Shown in pieces: positions 1-11,311 of a DNA stretch of 64,000 nucleotides (the first letter of the stretch is position 1; the number at the start of each line of letters is the position of its first letter). The position numbers and the translations under genes are program-made. This DNA is from Tricharina praecox (Eukaryota), in assembly GCF_024521635.1 (NCBI RefSeq), contig NW_026250416.1, forward strand, positions 1 to 64,000. Reading direction: 5' to 3'. Below the pieces are notes generated by a model. That model was given only the letters and a program-made list of their open reading frames with translations. It was not told where the DNA came from and ran no database searches.

Positions 1-3000
1 TCAAACCCATATGTGGATCTCATATGTACCAGTACCACCTACTACCCTACTAGGTACCTACTACCCACCTGGGTATATATCAAACACCGCCGGCCCCTTC
101 CCCCTGCCGACCGATCAGCCGTGATAACGTTTTTTCCCTGCGCAGGGGAAGGCGGGTGCGGGTGGTGTGCACTCTACTACCATGTTGCTCTGTACTCTAT
201 CATACATATGCCTGCGCCCGGCGCACGCGTTGCTAGAATTTTCAATTTGATGCTCGATGCTCGCCGCAGTGTGGGTGTGAGCCTTGAGGCTTGGGGATGA
301 GATGAGCGATATGATATGTAGAGTATATCAAGGAGGAAGGAAAGAAGAAGGAAGGATGCTAGGCTGCTGGGCCGCCCAACGCCTGGTGCGGCGGTGCGGC
401 GGCGGCGGTGCGGCGGTGCCGGGTGCAGCACTGTAATCACTGTACCAAGTACTCTATGTATGATGTACGTATGTAAGCCGGCGATCAAATACTCTACCCA
501 CCTACTCTGCCGTACCGGGGCCGGGGCCGCACAAATTTAAATTCGCAGACGTTTTCTACTGTGGAGTAGTACGATACATACGACGTGTGTGGACAGTTGC
601 CCAATACCAAATGTCCAACAGGATTGGAGGGAGAATCGGGGGGAGCATCGGGGGGTGTTTTTCTCTCTTTCTTTCTCTTTCTTTTACATACCTGAGTAGA
701 CTTGTAGTTTCGCGGGTGTTCAGGCTGTTCTACCTAGTACCGGGTGAATCGATACTCTACTATACTCTAGTTATGTGGAGATGTTGAGCTGTGGAGATGT
801 GGCTTATTTGTGGCTTCATGTGGCTTATGTGGATTGGAACTTGGAATTTGGGACCGCACACTTCACCGCTCGCTCGCGCGCGGATTCATCCGTCGAGTCG
901 AGTCTCAGAAGAGGGCTCAGAAGAGGGCGGAGCCGCCGCCGCCATCCCGCCGCCCCGCCATCCCGCCGCCCCGCCATTGCATCGCGATTTGCGCCCGTCA
1001 AAGCCGTGATATCTGTTGTAGAGTACCTATACTTTGAGTATCGCCATCTCCGCAGACCACTCTCCTGCCTGTCTGTCTACATACCAGTACCTGGGTACTT
1101 TGTAGACTACCTACCGGTATGATACTTTACAAAGTGGCGAAGATGTCGCAGGCGTCGCAAGGCCACGGCGCCTAGTGCTATTAGGGAGGTTCTGCAACCC
1201 CTCCGCGAACTACAACTACAACTATCACCCACAGCAACGGACATGGGTCCTACTTGATTGAGGAAGGTCATCAGGCTAGCTGTCGTGTGGGCCGGGGTCA
1301 TCGACGCTACCAACAACTACTGAAGTTCGTCAGTAGCGCGAGTTAGCTCGATTTATTCTGGATCATAACAAACACGCTGATTGGATGAAAGCGCCAAAGA
1401 CAGGGTGCAAACCATGTCGCTGTCTCCAACGCTTGTCTCTTGCGGTATCGCTCAGTTGTGCACGGCCGCGCCACCACTCCATAGTTTTATTGCGTGTTTT
1501 GTAGTCCCAACAGTAGTTCTAGTTGTAGTTGTGGTTCTAGTTCGCGGTGCAGAACCTCCCACTTTTCAACAATTAGCTAAACCCCTCTGATACCCCCTGA
1601 TAGTTGTAGTTGTGGTGCGTGGAATCTGCAGAACCTCCCTATTTAGATTGTATGTATTGCACCATGATCGCACCAGCCAATGCAGCCATAGCCGTGGCCC
1701 GCCAGCCCAAGACTCCAAGTGCCACATTCTTCGAACTGCCGAGCTCGTGCCGCAGGCCGACGACGACGACGACGACGACATCACGTTTCACGTTTCATGA
1801 TGCATAAGGCGGTTCCTTCCCTGGTCCCCTGCCATTCGAAACGTACTCTACCGTATGGGACGAGAAGGAAGGCATACGGTAGGCGGGCTGTGATTAGGAT
1901 TCTCGGTGGGATGTCATGGCATGACGGAGGGGCTATGGAGTCACTGACTGGGCGATCGAGCTCCTGCGCGGGGGAGGAGGGGGGATGGGAGGGGCTGTGG
2001 AATGCAAGGCTGCGTTAGTTACGCTGGTTGGTTGCGTTGATTGGTTGCGTCGATTGCGTAACTTGCGTTCACCGCCGCGGCGCCGCCGACATCATACATC
2101 ATGTTACATGATACATCGCACATGTCACCTGAACACTCCGTCGACTCTCGACCTTCGAGTCGAGTCGAACGTCTAGGGAGCAGGAGTGAGAAGTCAGCCT
2201 CAGTCAGGATCGACTTGCAACTCGCAAGCATGACTCGCGAGCATGTGAAAGTGAAAGTGAAAATCTTCGCTGACGGACGGTTCTCTCTCTCAAGAACATA
2301 ATCTGATGGTCGCACTTTACATAATCGGAGGGTGAGCTGCTGTTGGGCGGGCGGCTGGGTTCCTTGCTTCGTCGCGCCCAACGTCCAGTCGCCCTTCAAA
2401 GTGCCGAGGCCCATCCTGGCAGTCTGCAAGTCTGCGGGTCTGCGACCCCACTGCACGCTGGAGATGGAGATGCAACATCGTACGGAAGATACTTTTACCA
2501 GGTCCAGTGACCATGACCGCCAAGCACCCCCCCTCCCCTCTCCACACTATGGACATCGCGAGGTGAACGCCGAGTCGTTACTAACGAGTACATAACCGAC
2601 TAGTACCGTAGAGTATCTACATGAGCAGAGTACATATGACACCCAACGAGCGAACGCGATTCTCTATGTAGATACTCCAACACCGGTACATACCCCGCCT
2701 CAGATGTTCTCGTAGTTCTCGTGGAGCCGTATGTAGTGGCGGTGAGCAGTCCGCAGGCGCAGGCGTGCTCATCACCATACCATATGTATGCACTCGCACT
2801 CGCCTCTACTCGTACTCTACCTACTCTACATACAAGTATGCAGTCCACCTTTAAGCTTACTTCTAACTGGCGGAACATTGCGTGCGTGCACGACAGCAGT
2901 TTTTTTTTCCTGCTGCTCTCTCTTCGGATAGATCCGAAGAATCGATGGATGGATTTATCCAGATTCCACCAGGATAGCGATTGCGGTGGGTGGGGTGGGG

Positions 3001-4111
3001 TGGGTTCGATGTCCAGGAATCATGCGGGAGGCTCCAGCAATAGTAAGCCGACGCCCACAGCCGATGGGGGGGTTTTCTTTCTTTTCTTTCTTTCTTGCTG
3101 TGCCTGCCTGTTTGCCGGTTGGTCGGGCGTACACCTGGCGATCTGCTGTTGGAGTTGGGAGGGACGCGGACAGGGACGCGGACGGCGACGGTGGCGGGAA
3201 CAAACACCAACTCGACGCGAGTGCTTGCCAGATGAAACCCCCCCCCCTCGAGAAGAGTTTGCTGAAATTCTGCAGGCTGTCGGTTAACTCTGCAAACTAA
3301 CGGTGTAGATATTGATTGCTTGGTTGCTTGCTTGGTTGCTTGCTGCTTGCTGCTTGCTGCTTGCTGCTGCAGAGGGGGAAGGGTTCACATGCAGATGGAT
3401 GCAGCACTGGTCCGTTCAGTTCACGCGGCCTGTCCGCCCTTGCATGTTCGTGTTGCATGAGAGAGGTCCACGAGGAGGGTCGACGACGGAAACGGGTGAC
3501 ACAGAGCACACAGAGCAGTGCGAACCTACGAGGGGGGGCAGGTGATAAAGTGGTTGGTCATGTATCGAGATATGCATAGATGGAGTGTCCCGTGAAGCAA
3601 ATGGGAATAGAATGGAGGACGAAGAAAAAGAAACAAGAGAACGAGGAGCTGCTGCTGATGCTGCTGCAAAAGCACTTTGATAGATAACTGTCCTGCCGTT
3701 TCTGCAATCTCCGCCCTCGCCCTTCTCCTCCTCCTCCGCCCCTCCTCTCCCGCTCACCCAACGGCGTTCATGCTCAGCTCGTCCTTCCAACCCGCGGTCG
3801 ACCCAGATCTCGTCTCCTCCTCTCCACCAAACAACGACCACGACCAAGACCACGGCCACGGCTTCGGCTTCGGCTTCGGCTTCGGCCTCTCGCCTATCTA
3901 TCTATCTACACGCGTGAACCACCCCCCGGTTTAACTCGATCCGCACAAGCCGCAAAACGCGAGAGGCAAAGGCAAGTCCCGCGGATCGAAGCCAATCCAG
4001 TCCAGTCCAGTACGGCCCCATCCCCCTCTCCCAGCAGCAGAAGCAGCAAACAAAAGGAACGAAAAAGGGCTCGAGTTGAGACAGAGGAGAAGCGGTCGGT
4101 CAAGCAAGGCA

Positions 4112-4156
4112 GGTACTCTGGGTACTCTGGGTACTCTGGGTACTCTGGGTGCTCTA
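4112..4156. repeat. 9-bp tandem repeat (GGTACTCTG) x4 plus one degenerate copy
   Basis: Directly visible in the sequence; followed by a poly-C tract at about 4199-4219. Confidence 0.9.
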
Positions 4157-4518
4157 GGTCACTCCACCCACCACCACCACCGCGGACTCTCGCCGCCGCC
4201 CCCCCCCCCCCCCCCCCCCGCAGCTAACTAACGCCCTCTTGTGCTCTGAGTTTCCAGACCCGGACCGAAAGTGGCTTGGGTTCTCTAGTGTGTGTTTGTG
4301 TGTGCATGCGCGAGTCGGTGATCAGCGAGCGCAAAGGGCAGCATCGTGAGGTTTGAACTGCAGTTGCAGTTGCTTGCAGTCGGGCCTGCCTACATACCTA
4401 CGCTCTTGTGCATGTCGGGACTGCTTTCGAGAAAAAAACCCCTCGCCGCTGCGTCTTTAATCTCGTCTCGCTCGTGCAGAAGCCTTGAAGATCAAAGAGG
4501 AGAGATATATAGAGAGGA

Positions 4519-4543
4519 GAAGAAGAAGAAGAAGAAGAAGAAG

Positions 4544-4573
<30 letters not shown>
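4519..4573. repeat. (GAA)18 microsatellite
   Basis: Perfect trinucleotide run; explains the poly-K and poly-S ORFs in the track. Confidence 0.97.
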
Positions 4574-4575
<2 letters not shown>

Positions 4576-5108
4576 GAAGGGTATTGTCTGCTAGTTAGTA
4601 CTGGTATGTAGTTCCGTGAGTCCGTCCACATGGTGTTGAACCGCTTGTTTCGTTGGGCGTGGCTGTGGGCTAAAACGGACGGCGCTCACAGCGAAGTTTG
4701 GAGAGTCGAGACACAGCGTTCTAGGTCTCAGAGATACATGAGCATTGAGCACCGCTCCTCCCTGGACCGGGACCCCCCCAAAGTTCAAACCCCCCTCCCC
4801 CCCCTCCCAACCCAAGCGTGCTTCTGCTGCTCTTCTACTGCACTCGGTAAAACCGCTCGCCCGCCGCTACGCCGCTTCCTGACAACTCGATCCGGCCCGG
4901 GGGCAGATACGGAGTGGATGGACGAGACTGACATCCTCTAGTATTTCCAAATTCTGGGGAGCGGGGACGATACTAAAGGACGGCTCCCCTTCTTCTTCCC
5001 CACCTTTGTTTGCTCTCCCCCTCCCGCCTCGCACTCCGCTGTTCCTGCTGTCAACGCTTCATCTACAAAGTCCTGCGGGCTCAGGCATCGTCAACCAATC
5101 AACCCCTA

Positions 5109-5220
5109 ACCACCACCACTATCATCACCGCCACCACAACCACCACCACCACCACCACCACCACCACCACCACCACCACAATTACCTCCACCACCACCAC
5201 CTCCACCTCCACCACTACCC
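5109..5220. repeat. Imperfect (CAC)n microsatellite upstream of the 5547 gene
   Basis: CAC/ACC run; produces spurious poly-His, poly-Thr and poly-Val ORFs. Confidence 0.9.
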
Positions 5221-5546
5221 ACGATCCACTCCAAGCCGGACAGCTTCCGCAATTGCCGCTTGCCCCGCGCCTCGACCACTGCGTGAGCAACGTCAGCTTT
5301 ATGTGCTTGGCCTTACTTCCTCACAAACAATCAGAAAGAAAAAAAACGTTGCTTCCGCACCCGAGCTCAGCGTTCGACCGCAGCACTGCCCCTTGCAACC
5401 CTGTGACGTTGCTGGCTTCGTCCGTTCGAAACGGGAAACATTCGCATAATAGAGCGTCCTAGTGAAATCTAATTAGTCACAGCGGGCGCGGAGAGGGACC
5501 AAGCTTATAATACCGGACCAAACTTCTCCTCTGTAATTTCTCCGTC

Positions 5547-7088
5547 ATGGCGGACGACCGTGCACAGACTCCGCGCTCATTTATGTCGGTGTCGACCTTT
5601 CTATCGTTCACTCCCAATATTGCGCCTTCGACAGCCCCATCAACTCCGTCTTCAACCACCTCTCCTGATCCGAATAGCCTGTCACCCCGTATACGGAATA
5701 TCGGAATGTCTTCACCTGGCGGTCTGCCGTTCGACGAATGCGTTTCTGCTACTGGGGGTGGATTTTTGGGCACCGGAAGGAAGCCGGATACGTGTACGCT
5801 GCGCAGCTGCAACAGGGCGAGAACACTGAGCAATGTATCGTGTGTCTCGAATTCGACTTGGTGGAGCGCCGTCGCAAGTGTCTCCAACGAGCCACTGGAC
5901 CCGGAGGAGCCCACCGAGAACAAGGAGAGGAGTGAGTCGAAACCGGTGATCAAGATTGACGCGTGGGAGGATGTTAAGGAGCGACGAGAGAGCGTTGTGC
6001 CCCCTCCCCGATCACGGCGCAATAGCAATGCGTCTGCCACTCGATCATCTAGGCGGAGCTCGAGGAACAAGGAGAACGAACGACCACCGTTAACTCGCAC
6101 CGACTCCAAGACTCCAAAAATGGTATCCCGTCAGAGCACATCCGCATCGACAGCATCGAATCCAAAAATGCTCTCCCGTCAGAGCACATCCGCATCGACC
6201 GCATCGACCGCCGCTGCCAACAGTAATCGGCTCGCTCGTGGGCGCCGCCCATCGACATCGGCAGAGGTCTCCATCATCTCTTCGTCGACGACACTCAATG
6301 CGCGGCCTTCGTCGTCGGGATCAGGGGTACTCACTCCACCCGCCTCCAGCAGCAAATCACCGTGGCCGCAGTGGAGCTGGGATTCGGCGCAGGGAATCAC
6401 CGAGGCACGGCGGCAGAAGCGGCTGGAGATCAAGCAGTCGTTGACGCATAAATACCCCAACGACCGTGTGCACGGCGAATTCCTCCCGTTCAGCACAGGG
6501 TTCTCTCACTCGGCGGACTCCCTCTCCCCCGTTCAGTTCCTGCCACCAAGACACACATCATCTTCCGGAGGGGATACCATGGTCGCCCCGGCCACCCCAT
6601 TGGAGCCCACTACGATCGCATGGAAGGACCTCGAATCGCTCAGAGCAGAGTATGCGGCCGCCGACAAGCGGAAACGGTCGGCGTGGGTGTGGATCCGGCA
6701 GCGTGTTCTGTGCGGCGCGGGAATCCTGGGATGCGGTGGGAAGAAGGAGTTCTGGGAAGATGGAGACGAGGATCGCGGCAGCATCAGGCGGTATCGTCTG
6801 GAACTCCCGGACAGGGATGACGCCGCGGGTGCGGTCAAGGTGCCGGTTAGAGTCCGGAGCGTCGACGTCAAGCCGTCGGAGGGTGGACCGGGGAGCGTTG
6901 GAAGGTTAGCACCGAAGCTGCTCTCGCTGGACGGCGTCGAGGAGGAGAAGGTCGGGCAGGAACGGTGGAGCACGGTTGGAATCTGCGACGGAAAGGGAAT
7001 CGATATCGCATTGAGTCTTCCCGATGGCTTCCGGGAGTCGGAGGCCGCGACGCCAGTGCTGGATAGCACAGTCAGAGGCGTCGTATAG
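5547..7088 (+). CDS. Ser/Arg-rich, largely disordered hypothetical protein (513 aa, intronless) with a compact C-terminal motif (LRAEYAAADKRKRSAWVW...EFWEDGDEDRGSIRRYRLELPD)
   Basis: Long ATG-initiated ORF (gtcATGG context) with coding-like composition; followed by a CA repeat and a T-rich 3' region. Confidence 0.85.
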   Translation: MADDRAQTPRSFMSVSTFLSFTPNIAPSTAPSTPSSTTSPDPNSLSPRIRNIGMSSPGGLPFDECVSATGGGFLGTGRKPDTCTLRSCNRARTLSNVSCVSNSTWWSAVASVSNEPLDPEEPTENKERSESKPVIKIDAWEDVKERRESVVPPPRSRRNSNASATRSSRRSSRNKENERPPLTRTDSKTPKMVSRQSTSASTASNPKMLSRQSTSASTASTAAANSNRLARGRRPSTSAEVSIISSSTTLNARPSSSGSGVLTPPASSSKSPWPQWSWDSAQGITEARRQKRLEIKQSLTHKYPNDRVHGEFLPFSTGFSHSADSLSPVQFLPPRHTSSSGGDTMVAPATPLEPTTIAWKDLESLRAEYAAADKRKRSAWVWIRQRVLCGAGILGCGGKKEFWEDGDEDRGSIRRYRLELPDRDDAAGAVKVPVRVRSVDVKPSEGGPGSVGRLAPKLLSLDGVEEEKVGQERWSTVGICDGKGIDIALSLPDGFRESEAATPVLDSTVRGVV

Positions 7089-7102
7089 ACGGAGCGCGCG
7101 CG

Positions 7103-7150
7103 CACACACACACACACATACGCACACACACACACATACACACACACACA
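7103..7150. repeat. Imperfect (CA)n microsatellite just after the stop codon
   Basis: Directly visible. Confidence 0.9.
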
Positions 7151-8071
7151 TGCGATTCGGTGAGATCCCAGGTGTACAGGTTATTCATTTTGTCCTCTTT
7201 TTTCCCCTTTCGGGACGGTCGTTCTTGCTTCAATGTTTCATTAACTTTCGTTTTTCTCTGCGTGATACCAATCCACCCAAGTATGTACCTAACTGTTTTA
7301 TTTCCCCCCTTCATTCCTTTCTCCTTCTTTCTCCATGGCGTGCGCGGTTTTGTTCGGTGTTTTTCTTTCTTTCTTTGAAAATTGGGGTCCAGGAGTTACG
7401 ACTGTTGATTTTTTCTTTCCCTTGCGTTTCCGCTTCCTTTTCTTCTCTCTCTATCTCTCTCTCGAACTTGGGGGTTGTTGCTTTTCTTTTCCATACAGAT
7501 TTTTTGGTTTACGGTTGGGTTGGTTAATGTTGCCTCCGGCCCTGGGCCCCGGCCTTTGGAAGGATGGATGTTGGAAGAGGGCGGGGATGAGGGGGGAAGG
7601 GGGCGGGGACGGGGGAGGAGTACATACTGAGATTGAGTACCTAGATTTGTTTTGCTGGGTCATTGCTGGGCACCTAGAGACGGTTGGGTGGAGGGGGAAG
7701 TGGAGGAGGAACATCAGGAGCATCAGGAGGAGTATCAGGAGGAGTATCAGGAGGAGCGAAGTGAAACAGATGAGGGGCTCGGGAGGAGCGAGGAGCGATT
7801 GTACATAACTACTACATACCTATTCTACTTGCTCTATTTGCTCTACTTCAGTGTTCACTTGACTGTGGGGCTTGACTGCTCGGATTGACTGCTCTACATA
7901 CTCGTTACTCGTTACTCATTGCTTGGTGTTGCTCAGTGTTGCTTTCGGCTGAAGATTCAAGAGTGGAGGCTGTTTACAAATTACAATCACTGAATCGACC
8001 AGAGCGAATGAAGTACTACTCTCTTTATGGAGATGGGTATGTATTAATAATACTAGCGCAAACATAGCAAA

Positions 8072-8144
8072 GCCTCGCTAGCTCAATCGGTAGAGCGTAA
8101 GACTCTTAATCTTAAGGCTGCGGGTTCGACCCCCGCGTGGGGCT
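8072..8144 (+). tRNA. tRNA-Lys(CUU): tRNA-Lys, anticodon CTT, no intron
   Basis: Cloverleaf: acceptor GCCTCGC/GTGGGGC, D arm GCTC-AATCGGTA-GAGC, anticodon arm TAAGA-CTCTTAA-TCTTA, T arm GCGGG-TTCGACC-CCCGC; T-runs downstream could serve as the Pol III terminator. Confidence 0.97.
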
Positions 8145-8281
8145 TTCAATTTTGACCTTTTTGACTTTTTCTGGGTTCTTCCCTGCTGTGTTCCAGCGGG
8201 GTTGACTGTGGAGGCGTTTACACGGAACTCAATGGAGTACGATTTGTTTGATTCTCGCCGGATTTAAGCTGTAGGGAGTGT

Positions 8282-10609
8282 GGATTATAGTGGCGGACAT
8301 TTTTTTCCCTGGGAATCCACACTCACCACCACAGTCCACAGCCCAGACTCCAGAGTCCAGATCACTGGCTCAGTGTACTGGGTAATAGCAACCCCGTCTC
8401 ATACATACGCCCTCTGCCCGGCAAGCAAGATACTCGACTGCACGGCCCGCACCCAAAGAGGGAAACATTGACGACAGAGAGAGGTGGACCATCCACAAAA
8501 CCCAGTCACGCCCGTAGTTACGTGCGGCGGTGTTAAAATTGAGGGAAGAACTTGACCTGGTTGATGTGATGATACGAGCAAAACTAGAAAAGAAATTGCT
8601 TTTAAAGGGAAACAACGAGATGAAGCTAGGCCTTAGATAGAAAATGCAACGATAGACAATGCCGGACTACCTACCTAGGCCGAGGGCTGAGGGCTAAAGA
8701 GACTGATTCTGGTGAAAAGATAGGGACAATTCTGAGAAGCCACAAAAGCCACAAAGGCTGCTTATGCGACGATGCAAAAAGATAAAGGAACAGGGAAAGA
8801 ACTAGCGACATCGAAATGGGCATGTAGACGTGAGAGAGAGAGATCTTCAGTTTTAAATGACCGATAGGCGGATTGTTGGAGATATACAATGGTAGATAGA
8901 TGGATTGCTCAGAGAAGAGAAAGGTACTGCATACAAGATGGGGATATGGAGAAGTCTGCGGCAGTGCCAAGGCTGATGGGAGCTAGTCTAGGATAGGTAA
9001 GCAGACGCGTGATAACTGATGAATGAACGACACGGATATTCATGAGCCGTCGAGTGACGAGCAGTGAGGGCATCATTAGCTATCACTCACATACCCACAT
9101 ACTTGGTAGTAGCATATGGTTTGAAGTTTCCACGCACATCCAGCTCTCGCGGGTGCTCTCGCGGCCAGCGGGCGCAAGCCGTGGAGCCGACAGCCAGTAG
9201 CCACACAGAGCAGTGGGGAGTGTGGGAAACAAAGCGGGAAACAAAGTACTCCGCGCGCAAACAGGGTGCAGGGTGCAACGTTCAGCGCTTTGGCCACCGC
9301 CCACCCGGGGACTTACGACTCGCGAGGGTCCGGAATCCAAGGGCCCGTAAGTTCTGAAAGGTCCCGAATGGGCGGTGGGCCCGCAAGCAGGTGCTCCGTG
9401 CGTGCTCCGTGCGCGCTGCTGGTTACCTGCCGGTTGGGTGCGAACGAGATGAGCCGTGACGTATGTACGGAAGGTTCGGAAGTTCTGGAAATTCTGGAAA
9501 ATTTGGAAGGCATGGAAGATCCCAAAGATCTGGTGGATCTGGTAGATCCGCAATGTCCGAAAGTTCTGGAAGATCCGGAAGATCCGGAAGGGGCAGTGGG
9601 TCCGCTGGTTAGGTGCACCGTGCGCTGGTTAACTGCGGGCTCGGTATATACGAGCTCGAGAGCGGCCCTGACGTATGTATGTATGGAAGTACGGGGCTCG
9701 TGGGGGTTCGGGTCCGTAAGGTGCGGAAGGTTCGGAAATTCTGGAAATTCTGGAAGATCCGGAATGAGCGGTGGGTCCGCTGGTGGGTGCTCCGTGCCCG
9801 CTGCTGGATAGCTACCAGTTGGGTGCTGGTTAACTGCCGGTTGGGTGCCGATTATGTAGCTGCCGGTTGGGTGCTGATTGGGTGCGAGCTCGAGAGTCAA
9901 GATGAGCCGTGACGTATGCACGTACGGAACTACGGGTTTTACGGGTGCACCGCGGGTTCGGATGGTGGGCATGGTGGGGGTTGGCGTGGGCGGGGGCGTG
10001 CGGATGGTGGGGGCGGGGGTGCCGGCGGTGAAGGCGGCTCGGAGGTTCGGAAGTTCGGAGGTTTGTAGGTTCGGAGATTTGTAGGCTAAATGTCCGGCTG
10101 GATATCTGGAGGGCTCGTAGTGTTCGGGCGGTGGGCGGTGGGCGGTGTTAGCTGGCAATCTAGCAACCTGGCGGGCAGTCTGGTGGCTGCCTTGTAAGTG
10201 CATCTCTTGGAGCCTGGCTGGCTGGATGGTTGGCAGATGCATGTTTGTCTATGTAGCCGGGGTTGCCTGCTAGGCGAACACATACGAATAAACGAGTAGA
10301 CGGGCGTGAGCCGTCATACGATATCACCCATCTTTTCAGTTGGTCACGGTTGGATCGCGGTTGTATCACGGTTGGACTTTACTCCACACTAGAGGTCCGG
10401 ACGGGCGGAAGATTAAACAGCGGGATGGCAAAGTCCTAGATATCCGAGTTCCTTATAAACGGGATTTCGTACTCGGTATAATTACCATAATCACCCACAC
10501 CCGAATTCTCACTTATGAACCAAATAAATATTAAATGATCAACTTTCTTTCTTGATCGATTGGCCCATTTGTGCGCATTCCCGCGGAAAATATTTACATC
10601 CTATAATCC
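8282..10609. mobile_element. Putative non-autonomous DNA transposon bounded by ~40-bp imperfect inverted repeats
   Basis: Left end GGATTATAG...TTTTCCCTGGGAATCCACAC versus reverse complement of right end GGATTATAG...TTTTCCGCGGGAATGCGCAC; internal degenerate tandem repeats; no TSD or transposase seen. Confidence 0.5.
9372..9940. repeat. Three degenerate ~175-220-bp tandem units containing 9-bp sub-repeats
   Basis: Units start at about 9372, 9593 and 9768 with GC(G/A)GTGGG(C/T)CCGC; each carries TGACGTATG, and TTCTGGAA(A/G)/ATCCGGAAG sub-repeats lie in the first two. Confidence 0.75.
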
Positions 10610-10874
10610 TCCACAATGTACATGCGTATAATACACCACAGCCGGATCATGATGCATCGCAGTGATCCAGGCTCCAGCGCCGTCCTCCCCGCCATTTCCC
10701 CCGATCATACCTATGTTCATCCATTCCCATTCCCATTCCCATGTCCGTCCATTCATTCCCAAGCCCATAAGACGCCATAAACAAAAGCTCCGTTCCCCCC
10801 GCCCAAACGCCAGGTATAAAAACCAAAAAACCAAAAACAGACTCCCCGTTCCCCCCCATGCCACCCCAGCACGG

Positions 10875-11311
10875 CTAAAACACAGCCACCAACACCGCGA
10901 CCGCCACAGCACCAACGACCTGCCGTGCGGTGAGACCCTCGTTCCTATCGCCGGCGCTCTCCTTCTCCCTCTCCGCCGACTTCGTCTTGCCGGAGCGGCG
11001 TCGCCGCCGGGCGGGAGTGCGTGTTTGTGTTTGTGTCTGTGTGCGGATCTGGCTGAACTCTGCGGACTCCGTGGATTCGGCCGAGGAGGGGAGGGAGGCG
11101 GGGGTGTGGTTGTTTCTTCTGGTAGAGAGGTTAGGAATGAGGGATGGGTGAGGGTGAGGGGGGGAATGAGAGGGGCATACAGTTGTGGCATTGGTACTTG
11201 TCCGGCGGGGGCGAGGAGGTCGTAGTTCTCTGCCCGCGGGAGGACGGCGATTTGTGATGCCGACGCTACTGACGTGAAGATGGGGAGGAGGAGGAGGGTG
11301 GAGGGACGCAT
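10875..11311 (-). CDS. Small secreted, probably GPI- or tail-anchored protein, 124 aa; exons 11311-11181 and 11118-10875
   Basis: Signal peptide MRPSTLLLLPIFTSVASA; 62-nt intron GTATGC...CTAAC...CAG; splicing gives the hydrophobic C-terminus QVVGAVAVAVLVAVF*. Confidence 0.8.

Noticed and set aside
1..4100. Many short ORFs in the first 4 kb
   Set aside because: Low-complexity intergenic sequence with no codon bias, motifs or consistent splice structure.
5006..5462. Poly-His and poly-Thr ORFs
   Set aside because: Products of the CAC microsatellite with non-ATG starts.
8540..8580. TPP riboswitch-like GAACTTGACCTGG motif
   Set aside because: Upstream CTGAGA core and paired stems are absent.
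9313..10242. 309-aa Pro-rich ORF as a real gene
   Set aside because: Coincides with the degenerate repeat array and has no recognisable motifs.
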